Translations under genes and position numbers: made by a program | The notes under the pieces: model-generated | The model's database searches: none | What the model was told of the DNA's origin: nothing | Seen by the model: the letters and a program-made list of their open reading frames with translations, nothing else | In this document: positions 39,118 to 51,627 of the stretch, piece by piece | Layout: every line of letters starts with the position of its first letter | How positions within the stretch are numbered: the stretch's first letter is position 1 | Assembly: GCF_006345805.1 (NCBI RefSeq) | Contig: NC_043000.1 | Location: forward strand, 139,500,001-139,564,000 | Reading direction: 5' to 3' | Source: Octopus sinensis | Taxonomy: Eukaryota | Length of the DNA stretch: 64,000 bases

Positions 39118-39206
39118 AAACGACACGTGTTTCGTGGCTATATTTAAGAAATGATTATAGTAGTAGAGAAATCACTTTGATATAAATATAGTCGCTCATC
39201 AGGTTT
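39118..39206 (-). ncRNA. Type I hammerhead ribozyme motif
   Basis: AAAC-CTGATGA-[G..CTATATTTA/TAAATATAG..C stem II]-GAAAC-ACGT-GTC-GTTT; stem I AAAC/GTTT; palindromic ACACGTGT. Confidence 0.75.
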
Positions 39207-39881
39207 AAAATAATTATATATATATATAAAAATTATATATATATATATATATATATAAATTATATATATATATATATATATAAAATTATATATATATATA
39301 TATATATATAAAAGAAAAAATTAAGATTCAGTTGAACTAGGTACTTAAGTTGAGGCACCAAGCCAGTCCAGCATTAACTGCACAGCTCAAAGTAAGGTGA
39401 ATAAAATAAAAATAAGTAACAGTATGTCAAGCATTAGTGCAATATGACCATTTCAAGTGACTCCATTTAATTGAACAATGCAAACATTACATCAATTTAA
39501 ATACAGTGCTATCTTCAGTTGCAAGAAATATGGATTTTCAACAGACACGAATTATTAATATAATTTTTCTCAAATTAGTAGTATTCTAGCCTTAAATCTT
39601 TTGTTGGTGATAAGAAGGTAGATAAAATAAAATTAAAAAGGAATTACAATCCTATGACCCCCACTGTGTTCCATGCCACTCCAAAATTATAGTTGTTCTT
39701 CTCTTAGATTATTCTTGCTGCAATAATAGCAACATGAAATTCTTCCATCCTCTAGCTACGATAAAATATTTGAGAAAAATTATTGCTTGCATTGTTCAAT
39801 TAAATGGAACTGCTTAAAACCGGTCGTATTCCACTTATACTTGACATCTTGTTACTTATTTTGATTTTATGTGTATATAAT

Positions 39882-39931
<50 letters not shown>

Positions 39932-40936
39932 CATACACTCCCACACATACATATACACACACATGTATGCATGCATACATTTCAGTAAAGTGTGCAGTCT
40001 TACTATATCATTCACTAACTATATCATTTCCAGTTCTTCCCAATTGTAGAGTAGCATAGATGTTTCTCCTTTTCTTCTTCACCTCAAATCTGGAGCATGA
40101 GATAAACTTGAAACTTCAGCTATAGTGTAAGTATTCTATATCGTATGTATGCACAAATTTTCTACCAATGGCAGATATGTTTTGATTATGTATATCTCAT
40201 TAATGAATATATTTTTGTGCATAATTTTTGCTTGTATTGTAAGTTAAAGTTAAGTTCTTTCAAAATTATGTATAATTGGCATAAAATATTAGTCTACATG
40301 ATAAAATAAAATGAAACAGATGAGTGAATAGATACACTTAATCTTTAGTCTACTGAGCAGCAGTCATTCAGAAAAATTTTAATGTATTTCTTCATGGAGG
40401 TGAAGTTCTGCCCAGCTAGGATGAAATCAACAGCTGATGTGTATAGTAAAGTCTGGTTTTATTAAATTGTCTGAACATGTTTCTGTATATATTAAATTAG
40501 ATTATTTTCAGATATTCATTTCCTTTAATGCACAACTTCAACTTACATTTTTGCTGGAGATTTTCATTTGATAATTTCTTTTCGTGAATAACTGGTGCGT
40601 TAACAGTATTCCGTTACATTGATATTCTTTAGTACATAGTATGTATATCTATAGCTTTTAGCCAACATTGTGCATAATAGAAAACTGTAAACACTTCGCC
40701 AGACACATTTTACATTGCAAAAAGCAGTTAGGTAGACATACTTAAATCCTGTTTTGGGGGTTTCATCAATTACTGAGCACCCTTTGTAAATCTTTATTCG
40801 TATTCTTATTCTTATCATCTGCTGTGTCGACGCCCCCAGACGATGAAGTAGACTAGCCCAATACGTAGATATAGAGGGAGAAGTCAAGACGTCGGAGACT
40901 TGAGTAGAGGTCATCCGAACGTGCAACATCACACCA

Positions 40937-40939
<3 letters not shown>

Positions 40940-40976
<37 letters not shown>

Positions 40977-43900
40977 TTTTTTTTTTTCTTCTTTCAAATT
41001 TGCTTCTATTTCTTGCCGAGTGTCTTCCCGACTCCTAGGGCAAAGAAACTCATAGTATACATTGGTAGGCCATTAAACCAAACTCAGTAGTTCATTCATT
41101 TAAAAAAAATTTTTTTTTAAAGTTAAATTAAAATACATGAGCAGCAACAGTTCTCACATCGACAATGCTCTTCTCAATACGTGTGATGTACCAGTTAAGA
41201 CAATCTTTTGCACTTCTTGCAGGGATGGTAAGCCAGGGATCATTCTCATATAATTTTCGGTTCCCTTCTTGATCATTCCTAGTGCTCCTACGATCACTGG
41301 TATTGTAACCGCCTTGAGATGCCACATTTTCTCAATTTCAATGAGTAGGTCTTTATATTTTCTGAGCTTGTCAAACTCTTTCGCTGAGATATTATGATCA
41401 CAGGGGATGCTCATGTCGATCAATAAGCAAACTTTATTGTTTTGGTCTTTCACAACAATATCTGGTTTATATATTGGCCAATTGTGGTTGTTTTGTAAGC
41501 TAGTTCAAATTGGATCAGGCCTCGACCTCCTTGGGCTCTGGGAAGGTAAAGGCGATCTACGTCTGCCTTTGGGTGGTGCATCCTATTACAACTCAGCAGC
41601 TTGCGTATTTTTCTATCTATATTCTTTACTTCACTCATATTCCAGTTCAACACATTGTAGCTATAAGTAACAACTGGAACTGCTAAGGAATTTATAGCTA
41701 ACACCTTGTTACGTGCATTTAGTTCAGATTTCAGGACTGCACGAACTCTCCTATAACATTCCTTCCTGATTTTCTCTTTCATGCTTGCATGCTGAATACC
41801 AGAGCCTTCATTTATCCCTAAATATTTGTATGTTTGTTCTTGCTCAAGCTCTCTTATGACAGTGTCAACATCTAACACGACTGAATTTGTGGTCTTCACT
41901 TTCCCTTTCTGGAAAGTGGCCTTGGCACACTTCTCAAGTCCAAACTCCATCCCGATGTCATCGCTGAATGCTTTCACGGTGCGCAATAGGCCTTCAAGTT
42001 CATTATTGTCTTTACCATAAAGTTTTAAGTCATCCATATAAAATAGATGGCTTATGTTTTTATTGGCAATTGTATACCCATACCCTGTTCTGTTTAATTC
42101 ACTTGTAAGGGGTATTAGGGCTATGCAGAATATTAAAGGTGAAAGTGAGTCACCTTGAAAAATTCCACAGTTGATGCTTATATTTTCTGAGGCAAGTACT
42201 CCATTAGAGTGGTATAATTGGAGATTCGTATTCCACAACGACATATTGTGCTTCAGGAAGTTTGAAATCACAGGGGAAATTTTGAAGATGTCCAGCGATC
42301 TCAAGATCCATGGATGCGGTATACTGTCGAAGGCCTTTTTGTAGTCAATCCATGCGGTGCTGAGATTTCTGCGCTTGTTGTGACAGTTCTCAAGGATCAT
42401 ACGATTGATTAGCAGTTGATCTTTGCATCCGTAAGAGCCTCGGCGGCACCCTTTTTGTTCAATGGGGAAAATATCGTTCTTCTCCATGAATGCATATGTT
42501 TTCTCCGCCAGGATAGATGTTAGGATTTTATACGTGGTGGATAGACAGGTTATAGGCCGATAGTTTTTTGGAAGGTTGGTTTCGTTATTCTTTGGGAGTA
42601 GGTAAGTAATGCCACTTGCTAACCATTCAGGTGTTTTATTTGGGTCTCTCATAATTCCATTGAGCAGCTGAACTAGCTTACCGTGTGCGCATGGGAGCGA
42701 TGCGAGCCAGAAATTCGGCACCCTATCTTTACCGGGGGATTTCCAATTATGGGCCTTCGTGAGTGCCTTTCTTAGGTCTGCTATTGTGATGTCTTCCCAT
42801 GCTTGTTGTTGTAAATTTTGGTAGGATCCTTCAGTTTGTATAATCCAGTCTGCATTTATGTTGTACGTCTTCTTGCCACTCCAAATCCCTTTCCAAAAGT
42901 TTTGAACTTCTTCCATGGGAGGGGGGTCTTTAACGGTTACTTTCTCCTTCCCTATTTCTCTGTAGAATTTTTTGGCATTGGATGTGAACAGCTTATTTTG
43001 CTTGTAAAACTTGTTTCTCTTCTCAAATCTTTGTATTCTTTGGGCTTTTGCTTGGACTTTTTGTTTCAGCGTTTCTTTTATTGATATCAGTTCTTCTCTT
43101 GGTGAGGATCCAAATTTTCTCTTCATCTTTCTTCCTGTTCTGGATCTTACATCATTTCCACATATTAGTTCATTTAATATTGATATTTCCCCTCTCATAA
43201 ATTCAATCTCTTTTTCAATTTTACTTCTCCAGGTTTGATTTCTTCCCAGGTTTTGTTTTCTTTGTTTTTTCGGGGGCATACAGCTGGTTTCAATTGCCCT
43301 AGCAGAAGCGTAAATAATTTCATTTAACTCAGTAAAATCAGGTTTTAATTCTCGTATTATTTCATTTGTTACATAGTTGCCAATTTGGATTTGTTTTTTA
43401 TTTTGGTTTGTATTTGAGAGTTTATGAAGTGGTTCTCTATCATTCATACTTGTATGTCTTACAACTTCAAGCGTATTCAGAATTTTCTGCCTCATTTATG
43501 CCATAGACTCTCTGTGTTCTTCAGCAAATGCGAGATCTTCAGTTACTGTTGTTTTTTCGTTTTCCTGGCTATCTTTAACAGGTACAATAGAATTTCTTGT
43601 ATCTTCAGGCCTTTGCGTACTTTGGTCAGATGCCAGTCTTTCAATTAAGCCTCGTGGCGGGCTATACTGTTCATCTGATTCTTCATTTCCTTTGTGTCTT
43701 ATATTTATGTCATTTTCCGTTGCGTGCTTGATCGCGCTTATTTCACTGTCTGTGAGTCTGTTATTTCTAAGGATATCCCTCCTCACATTTGCTAATTTGT
43801 TCTCGTCCAAATAGGGCCTACTGTCTTGATTCCGTGTTCTCCATATACTGTAAGAGTTTGCGGTGTGTCTCTCTTGAGATGGCCTACCTAATGCATAGTA

Positions 43901-44290
43901 ATAAGCGTATATTACTTCTTTATACTCTTCTCGGGTCCAATTGTTCCGCTTACATTTTTCTTTCTGTGGTGGTTGTGGTGGTGAACTTGGAGGGCTCGAG
44001 TTGGGGGATTTCCCGTTCAAGTGACCATCCATGTCCGTATTCGGAGAAGAGTTTGTGCCAGTTGATGACTTTTCGGTCCCAGGCTGGCTCTTCCCTGGGG
44101 GACGCGCTTCCAGATTAACCATAGGACAAGCGATTTGGTATACTGATTTAGTTTTCCTTTTAGTTTCCAAAAACATTTTGGTGCTACGATAATGTTATCA
44201 TTTTTTAGCTTTGATTGGCTCGTGGGGAGACGGCCATCATTGCCGTTACAATTATAATCGTACCATTATAGCAGCCGTAGTCGGCTTATT
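40940..44290 (-). mobile_element. Dong/R4-clade REL-endonuclease LINE with internal deletion, inserted in (TAA)n
   Basis: 5' UTR, long ORF, 3' UTR and (TAA)n tail at 40940-40976; (AAT)n also flanks the 5' end. Confidence 0.9.
41154..44176 (-). pseudogene. Dong/R4 ORF (N-terminal domain, RT, REL endonuclease): one nonsense codon, one deletion/frameshift
   Basis: RT motifs NYRPITCL, EQKGC, IDYKKAFDS, GIFQGDSLSP, YMDDLK, YKYLG, GGRGL. REL motifs KPDIV..LIDMSIP..K..KY..L..E..W..IPVIVGALG. TAA at 43496-43498; junction near 41470. Confidence 0.92.
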
Positions 44291-44324
44291 ATTGTTATTA
44301 TCATCACCATTACCATCACTATCA

Positions 44325-44417
<93 letters not shown>

Positions 44418-44435
44418 ATTATTATTACTATCATT
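44290..44435. repeat. (TAT)n/(AAT)n microsatellite
   Basis: Direct reading. Confidence 0.95.
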
Positions 44436-44560
44436 AGTTCTCCTTCTTTCAGTTTTGTTTCCATATCTTGCCAAGTGCCTTCCCAACACCTAGGGCAAAG
44501 AAACTCACTGTATACATTGATAGGTCATTAAAACAAACACACCAGATCGTTCATTTACAA
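44436..44560 (-). mobile_element. Older 3' UTR fragment of the same Dong family
   Basis: CTTGCCAAGTGCCTTCCCAACACCTAGGGCAAAGAAACTCA matches ~41012-41052. Confidence 0.8.
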
Positions 44561-44654
44561 AGTCATGTGAAGAGGAAAAAGTATCAAGGAAAATAAAAAA
44601 GAAAAAATTTACATGGGTTGTAATCCTTGTCACAGTGACAATGCTCTTATTATT

Positions 44655-44870
44655 ATTACCTCTGCCTTAGCAAAGGCAGAGGTATTGCTTTCAGTCATGT
44701 TTGTTCATGTGTTTGTCTGTGGAGAAGATATCTCAAGAACTGCTTGATGGATTCAGATGAAACTTTCAAAGATGTTTGGCCTCGTGACTGGCACAAACTG
44801 ATCAGATTTTGGGATCAATCTGGTCCTAGACATAGATTCTGGATTATTTTTCCTAATTTTGTTTTGCTTC
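44655..44870 (+). mobile_element. Helentron/HINE-like non-autonomous element fragment
   Basis: TT-rich start, 11-bp hairpin TACCTCTGCCT-tagcaa-AGGCAGAGGTA, then GTTT/GTCT-like repeats. Confidence 0.5.
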
Positions 44871-44984
44871 GTTTTTGAGGGCAGTTGGGTTCGTTTTTAG
44901 TATTTCCATTTGTGAGAGCAGTCAAGTTTTCCTATCTCTCTCTCTCGAAGAGGCATAAGAACCTACACACACATATACACATGC

Positions 44985-45135
44985 GGCAGGAACTTCCACC
45001 TACCAAATTCAATCACAAAGCTTCAGTTGGCCCAAGACTATATCAGAAGACACTTGCACAAGGTGCCACACAGTGGGACTGAACCCGAAATCATGTAGCT
45101 GGGAAGCAAGCCCCCTAACCACACACCCATGCCCA
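44985..45135 (-). mobile_element. 5' half of SINE family A
   Basis: GAAGACACTTGCACAAGGTGCCACACAGTGGGACTGAACC. Confidence 0.75.
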
Positions 45136-45482
45136 TTTCAGATATTTTCATTTTAAAAATCATCTCTGGCTAATCATCAAGAGGATGTTGGTGTTGCCTT
45201 GGTAGAGGTTTGTGCTCTCTGAGTGCTCTTGTTATTCATCATCCTCCTCATCATCATCATTTAAAGTTCGTTTTCCGTGCTAGCACGGGTTGGACGGAAA
45301 TTGTTATTATTATTATCGAATTTTGCAAATCTCACACACTTAAATGTAAAATATTTTGGACCTTTCAGCTAGTTTTGAGCATCCATAAACTATTTATATC
45401 TAACTGTCTCAGATTATTTTCTCCCATTGTCGACTGAAAGGTGATACTGTTGTCTTATAAACACTAAACTCAATTGACTTAC

Positions 45483-45544
<62 letters not shown>

Positions 45545-45545
<1 letters not shown>

Positions 45546-45721
45546 CATCATCATTTAGCGTCCGCTTTCCATGCTAGCATGGGTTGGACGGTTCAACTGG
45601 AGTCTGTGAAGCCAGAAGGCTGCATCAGGCCCAGTCTGATCTGGCAGTGTTTCTACGGCTGGATGCCCTTCCTAACGTCAACCACTCCGTGAGTGTAGTG
45701 GGTGCTTTTTACGTGCCACCC

Positions 45722-45722
<1 letters not shown>
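45545..45722 (-). mobile_element. Family D (RTE-tail) fragment; a shorter piece lies at 45240-45300
   Basis: Matches 30380-30560. Confidence 0.8.
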
Positions 45723-45805
<83 letters not shown>

Positions 45806-45876
45806 ATATATATATATATATGTATGTATGTATATATATGAGGTAGTCTTTGTGAAGCGTTGTGAAGTATAACTTT

Positions 45877-46175
45877 AAAGAATATAGTTGTGTAAAACCG
45901 GAACAATGCAAGAAGGTACAAAATAAACGACAAAAATGAAAAGGAAACAGAACGAGGTTGCAGTTTTACCTTGTATTTCTATATTTCGGAGTGAAGACCC
46001 CTTCTTCAGGAAAAACTTTTTCTAACCACCACGTTTCTGAATGTTCTGAAGAAGGGGCCTTCACCCCAGAATATAAAAACACAAGGTAAGACTGCAACTT
46101 CGTTCTGTTCCTTTTCATTTTTTAGTTTACTTTGTACCTTCTCGCATTGTTCCAAATTTACACAACTACATTCTT

Positions 46176-46176
<1 letters not shown>
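45877..46176. repeat. ~135-bp inverted repeat of Penelope-like pseudo-LTR ends
   Basis: 45877-46010 versus 46045-46176; each arm carries a CTGAAGAAGGGG hammerhead-like core. Confidence 0.8.
45976..46013 (-). ncRNA. Minimal type I hammerhead motif
   Basis: TTTC-CTGAAGA-A-GGGG-tcttca-CTCC-GAAA-TA-TA-GAAA; stem I TTTC/GAAA; stem III reduced to palindromic ATAT. Confidence 0.6.
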
Positions 46177-46209
<33 letters not shown>

Positions 46210-47166
46210 GCAGGGTAAAAATTATTGAAAACTAATAACAATTTTTTACCAGTGGTCAGCAAGCGTAACTAAACTAAAAGTCAGAAAACATAAATATTTC
46301 TATATAATAATGTATAAAAAATCTTATGCATTATTATATACACACACACGCACATATATATATACGTATACATATATACACACACAAACACACACATATC
46401 TATACATAAGTATATGTACATACATACATACACACACACACACTCACACATATGTATATATGAATGAATATCATAGCCATTAAATACAAATGATTTTGAA
46501 GAATGTAGCATGCATCATGATTTTACTAATTGTTTTCGGTTCCTTGGCAGTTATAGAAGACAATGACACATTCTGAGCATTCTGCCACTTATTATTTCTT
46601 TTGTCACTGTTTAGCATTACTTCATAATTACATGGAAAAAGTTACCTTACCCCTCTCATATAAATTAGACTCTACCGTTTATCCTTAAAACTATGAAGTG
46701 CACACTTCTACACGCCAAATCATTACTGAAAATTTGCATTTAATTGATATCCTATTAAAATAATTAACTCCTCCTATTTTCACACCTTTATTGTTTTATT
46801 TCGTATCTGTCTTGCTACATTCACCATTCCTTGCAATATACCAATATATTAGAACAATTTCAAGCTTTTAATTAATGCTTTGATGAATTCCATCAAGGAA
46901 GGACATATTCTGCATGTGTGTATTTGCGTGCATATGTGTGTTAATGTATGTGTGTATTTACGTGTATGTATGATTGTGTGAGCTTAGTCTTGTTCAAAAG
47001 TGTGATTAATCACGTATGCCACTGTAAATGCCGGTTTTACTGTCATTCAGTTCACCGGACAAAGATACTAATTCCCTTTAATGTATAAATACTTATGTAG
47101 CAATGAAAAAAGTGTCTGAATTGTGTAACTAACTTTATGCTACCATGTAAAAATACTTATATTAAA

Positions 47167-47561
47167 CTAGCAATATCGCCCGGCGTTGCTCGGATTTGTA
47201 AGGGAAATAACTATATAAGCATTTTTAGAGATGTAAAGTATGATAGCCATCTCAATATGGCTAACCACAAAGGGGGGTGTTACTGTAGCTTTTTACGTTC
47301 TGAGATTTAATAATCCATTTTTAGAGAGTTACTTCCCTTATATAATAGCAAAAAAATACATTAAAAATGGGAAGAAATAATGGTAATTTTTTTTTTAAAT
47401 CGTAGACTCATTGTAGACGCACGCTAATACCCAGAAGGGCTCGATATGAATCACGACGATAAGATACCCGCTTTTGGTTACACTGCACCGCAAAATGTGG
47501 GAGTAGTTAGGAATCTAAATCGTAGGAGCCAGACACACAATTTCACTTTTATATATAAAGA
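47167..47561 (-). mobile_element. Complete non-autonomous Helitron
   Basis: Minus strand: A|TC start, subterminal hairpin CCGAGCAACGCCGGG, CTAG|T end; no TSD. Confidence 0.85.
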
Positions 47562-47936
47562 TTTTTACAAGCAAAAATCCTGTATATTTTTACCGTTCCA
47601 TTTCCTTGTCATCAATCGTCAATCTTACAGCATTTCTCTTTACTATTCATAACATTTGTAATCCCATCAATGCTGATCCGTAGAAAAGCCTTGCTTTCTG
47701 TTGCTTTGCATCTACTTCAATTTTATTCTGTCAAAACTTGTTGGCATTGTTTTGTTTTGAATTTGATTTAACAACAATTTCCACTGAGTTACAATCAAAT
47801 TTCAAAGTTAATTCATGTGAGAGCAACATCCTGAAAAGATAAAAGAACCAGGCAATGGCGTAAATGACAATTTCATCTATTACTTTCTGCATGCACACAC
47901 ATACTCACATGTAAATATATATATGTGTGTGTGTAA

Positions 47937-48009
<73 letters not shown>

Positions 48010-48064
48010 CATATATGTACATATATACATACATATATATATATATATACATATATGTACATAT

Positions 48065-48105
<41 letters not shown>

Positions 48106-48327
48106 AAAATAGATGAGTGTATTTTTACCTTGTTAACAATTAACACGGAAAAATAAATAAATAACGCTGAATTCTATAATTCTACCTTAATCAAAGCAGG
48201 TTATACAGAAAAAATTTTCTACATTGATTGTGCTCAGTCTAATTGTAAATTCAATAATGTAGATAAGATTTCTAGTCGTAAAAGAATTATTGATAACAAA
48301 CATAACTTACGCACCGATACAAAGCGA

Positions 48328-49109
48328 ATGAAGGCAGATAACCCTTATTTAATCCCCTATTATAGATCTAAAAGTAAATATAACACCTTCAAAAGTAATT
48401 ACGCTATGAATACTAGTAAAAATATTTGGTTAATAATCCCTTACGGGAGACAAATTAAATCTAATCTCCCACTGCTGTTTCGTCAAGCTATTGCTAGGAA
48501 TTTTCCAAACAATTCTAGATATTACTCTATTATTAATTCACATAAGGTTAGGATAGGTTTTTCAAACACAAAAAATCTCTTACAAATTATATCTTCTCAT
48601 AATAACAAACTGTTAAATATTAATACATTTACTAATACTAACATTAATTTAGCTAATACCATCCAACCCTCTAGAAATATTAATGACAAGGTTATTGTAT
48701 CTGAAGTCAATTCCAATAGAATTAAGTTTATGTCAAGTAATTCTAAGGTTAAAAATTCTATATACCAGTGTATAATCAGTACTCGTAATAAAGTACGATT
48801 TTACATTGGAAGTACATCGTTAGAGTTATCTAAAAGAATTTCTATCCATTACTCAACATTTAGGGATAGAAATAAACGGAATAGTACCAGTCTCAGCAAA
48901 CTGATTTGGGATTTAAAAGACCACTTCATTTAGAATGGTTGATCCTCTCAATTTCGATACCATATGACAAAGGCAAGAAATTCTGTCTTCTCTGCAATTC
49001 TGAGCTATTTTTCATTATTTTTTCTAAAATTACTGTAGTAAACACGGTTATAGAGCGAGCATACAGATGTAAGCATTGGCAAAAACATACATTTAGTGCA
49101 TATAAGTAG
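48328..49109 (+). pseudogene. PLE linker plus GIY-YIG endonuclease, frameshift near 48925
   Basis: NSIYQC..FYIGST..KRISIH..F..TSLSKLIWDLKD, then EWLIL..PY..FCLLCNSE..RCKH. Confidence 0.8.
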
Positions 49110-49310
49110 TCTATATCATTATATATAATTTAAACTTTAATTTTCTTTATATTTAACATTCACTATTAATATCCCTACTCTTTCTGTTAGCTACTTATGA
49201 CGTTATAACATTTAACGTTTTTTTAAACAATATTAATAGCGCTCTGTCTATCGCTATACAAATCCATCATTTTTTGCTAAAATGTCGTATTGACGAGTTT
49301 CGTTTTTTAC

Positions 49311-49395
49311 ACTTTCCCGAAGAGAAGATTGCATTGTTTATACCATTTAACTTTTGAATAGTATCAGTGGAATTTTCGAAACATGTGTCGAAAGT
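49311..49395 (+). ncRNA. Type I hammerhead motif with U4C variant
   Basis: ACTTTC-CCGAAGA-[GAAGATT/AATTTTC]-GAAAC-ATGT-GTC-GAAAGT; 6-bp stem I. Confidence 0.65.
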
Positions 49396-49426
49396 AAAAA
49401 TATTTGTTTACACCTGCGTTAACTCC

Positions 49427-49490
<64 letters not shown>

Positions 49491-49960
49491 CATGCATATA
49501 TACATACATACATTCATATATATATATATAAATAAATATAGATATATATATGCATGTACATATGTGTGTGTGTGTGTATGCATGTACATACATACTATCT
49601 CTGTTTTTGTTTATTATAACATGCAAAGTATAACTTATGAAAGCTTTCAAAGATACAGTATATTGAAAATTCATTTACCTTTGTAAGCAGAAGTAAGGAA
49701 CTGTGACCTACAGAAGTTCCACATAACTTCCTTATATAAGTAATTTGGTTTTAGTTTCTATGGTCGTCTATGATATTAATTTTAGGAAGCAAATTTTGGC
49801 AAATATACTCATTACACCCTCCATTGTATCGTGCCTTTCTCTCTTTCTATCTCTGTCACTCTCTCCTTTCTCTCTCTCGTTATATATATATATATAGGAC
49901 GCCAAGATAGATCGTTAGCTCCTACATGCATTTTTTCTCTTCTTATTTTTTTCTGTGTAC

Positions 49961-49996
49961 CTTTCTGTAGAAGAGCGTAGGCTCGAAATGTAAAAG
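49961..49996 (+). ncRNA. Variant minimal hammerhead-like motif
   Basis: CTTT-CTGTAGA-A-GAG-cgtagg-CTC-GAAA-TG-TA-AAAG; core position A6 altered. Confidence 0.4.
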
Positions 49997-51369
49997 ACTG
50001 TTTCTATTTCTGAGTGCTATACTAATACATGTGTTTTGTACACCACCTGTCTTTGTCTTTTGTTTATTTTCGTAAACTTTCCCTATATATATTTATATAT
50101 ATACACGAGGGTAAGTTAAAAATTATCTGCACTTTCACTTTATTACTGTCACACTGTCTCCTGCCCATGCGTGCTATTGTGTTCACGAGATTGAAGTTTG
50201 AGTCTGATCGTGCCATTTTTCTTTCTGGCCTTACAGTGTTTTCTTCTGCCACTCTGGATTATAATAGGCTCTAAGTATTTTTTTCCCCTAAATTCATTCT
50301 GCCACAAAAATAGCAAACAGAAGCAATGTAATTATTTTAGACTCTAGTAATAATGAAAATTTGCTAAAAAATTTTAATGGCGTATCCTATATGTTGGAAA
50401 TCTATATGGTCGTCTGCTTCTGAGGAGAGTGGTATATTTCAAATTGATGTAATGCTTTTATTGATTAAAGGGAGCCACTGGAAACGGCTGTAATGTACTG
50501 ACACCTGGACATCCTTGTTACTTATAAATGTATCAATATATATATATATACATACAAATATTTGTGTGTGTGCATGTGTGTTAGTATATTTGTGTATGTC
50601 TGTGTGTGCATGTACATGTTTGTGTAAGTGCGTAGATGTATTTCTGCACTAAAACCCTGCCTTATGCTTTTTTCCATTTGTGCAAACATGTCTAGGTTTA
50701 CATAAAAGAACCTATTGCCATAAATATTTCACTGCAAACATAATAATGTTAAAATATCTCACCTGTGTAAATACATTCAGGATTCAAAGAATTTCTAGTA
50801 TCAGATAAAACAGATTGTAACACAAATGGTTCCTTCTCTGGAATAATTAACACATATGTCTGTTAATATAATCTGATATGTTAAAAGTGATATGACATTG
50901 TGTAAAACCATGATCTTGAACCTTTATGTCCATCATTTTTATCACTTATCTATTTCAACTTCAGACTGCAAATTCTTTGAAACCTGTTGCTTGTTCTAAT
51001 ACTATCATCTCTTTCACTTGTCATGTTCACATATAACTGATTTAGAGTCTCAATAAATTTGGAGAGCTAATTAAATACTTAATATATGCTTCCCTCTCTA
51101 AGTGCATTTGTATAAATGCTTCTATCCATATTTCTCTTTATGGAACTTTGTCTGTATTTGAATATTTATCTAAATACGTGAGGGTGCTTTTGCATTAATA
51201 TATACCTGTCTACGTTATAGATAGGAGCATATATATATAGATGGATGGGTAGATGGATGGATGGATGGATGGGTGGATGGATGGATAGATAGTTAAACAG
51301 AAAGACAGATAAATAAAGAGATATGTAGACTTGTATACGTTACATGTATGTATTTATTTATGTAGATAT

Positions 51370-51627
51370 GGCACATAAAAGCACCATTTAAGCGTGGCCG
51401 TTGCCAGTACCACCTAACTGGCCCTCGTGCTGGTGGCACGTAAACGCACCCAATACACTCTCGGAGTGGTTAGCATTAGGAAGGGCATCCAGCTGTAGAA
51501 ACTCTGCCAGATCAGATTGGAGTCCGGTGCAGCCATCTGGTTTGCCAGACCTCAGTCAAATCGTCCAACCCATGCTATCATGGAAAGCAGACGTTAAACG
51601 ATGAGGATGATGATGATGATGATGATG
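51370..51627 (+). mobile_element. Family D (RTE-tail) element with (GAT)n tail
   Basis: Ends CCAACCCATGCTATCATGGAAAGCAGACGTTAAACGATGAGGATGATGATG. Confidence 0.8.

Larger units (their letters stand above)
48110..49400 (+). mobile_element. 5'-truncated Penelope-like element (RT thumb/linker, GIY-YIG, 3' pLTR)
   Basis: Coding remnant followed by a 3' region ending in a hammerhead motif; (TA)n flanks. Confidence 0.8.

Noticed and set aside
43490-43501. TAA-ATG stop/start as programmed reinitiation or a two-ORF Dong
   Set aside because: The paralogous copy has GAA at the aligned codon (22553-22555, minus), so TAA is most simply a nonsense mutation.
48328-49109. Selenocysteine recoding as reported in some Naiad PLEs
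   Set aside because: No in-frame TGA in either reading segment; the break is a TAG plus frameshift.
50101-50135. mariner-like TIR TACACGAGGGTAAGTTAAAAATTATCTGCAC
   Set aside because: No convincing partner TIR or transposase relic was found nearby.
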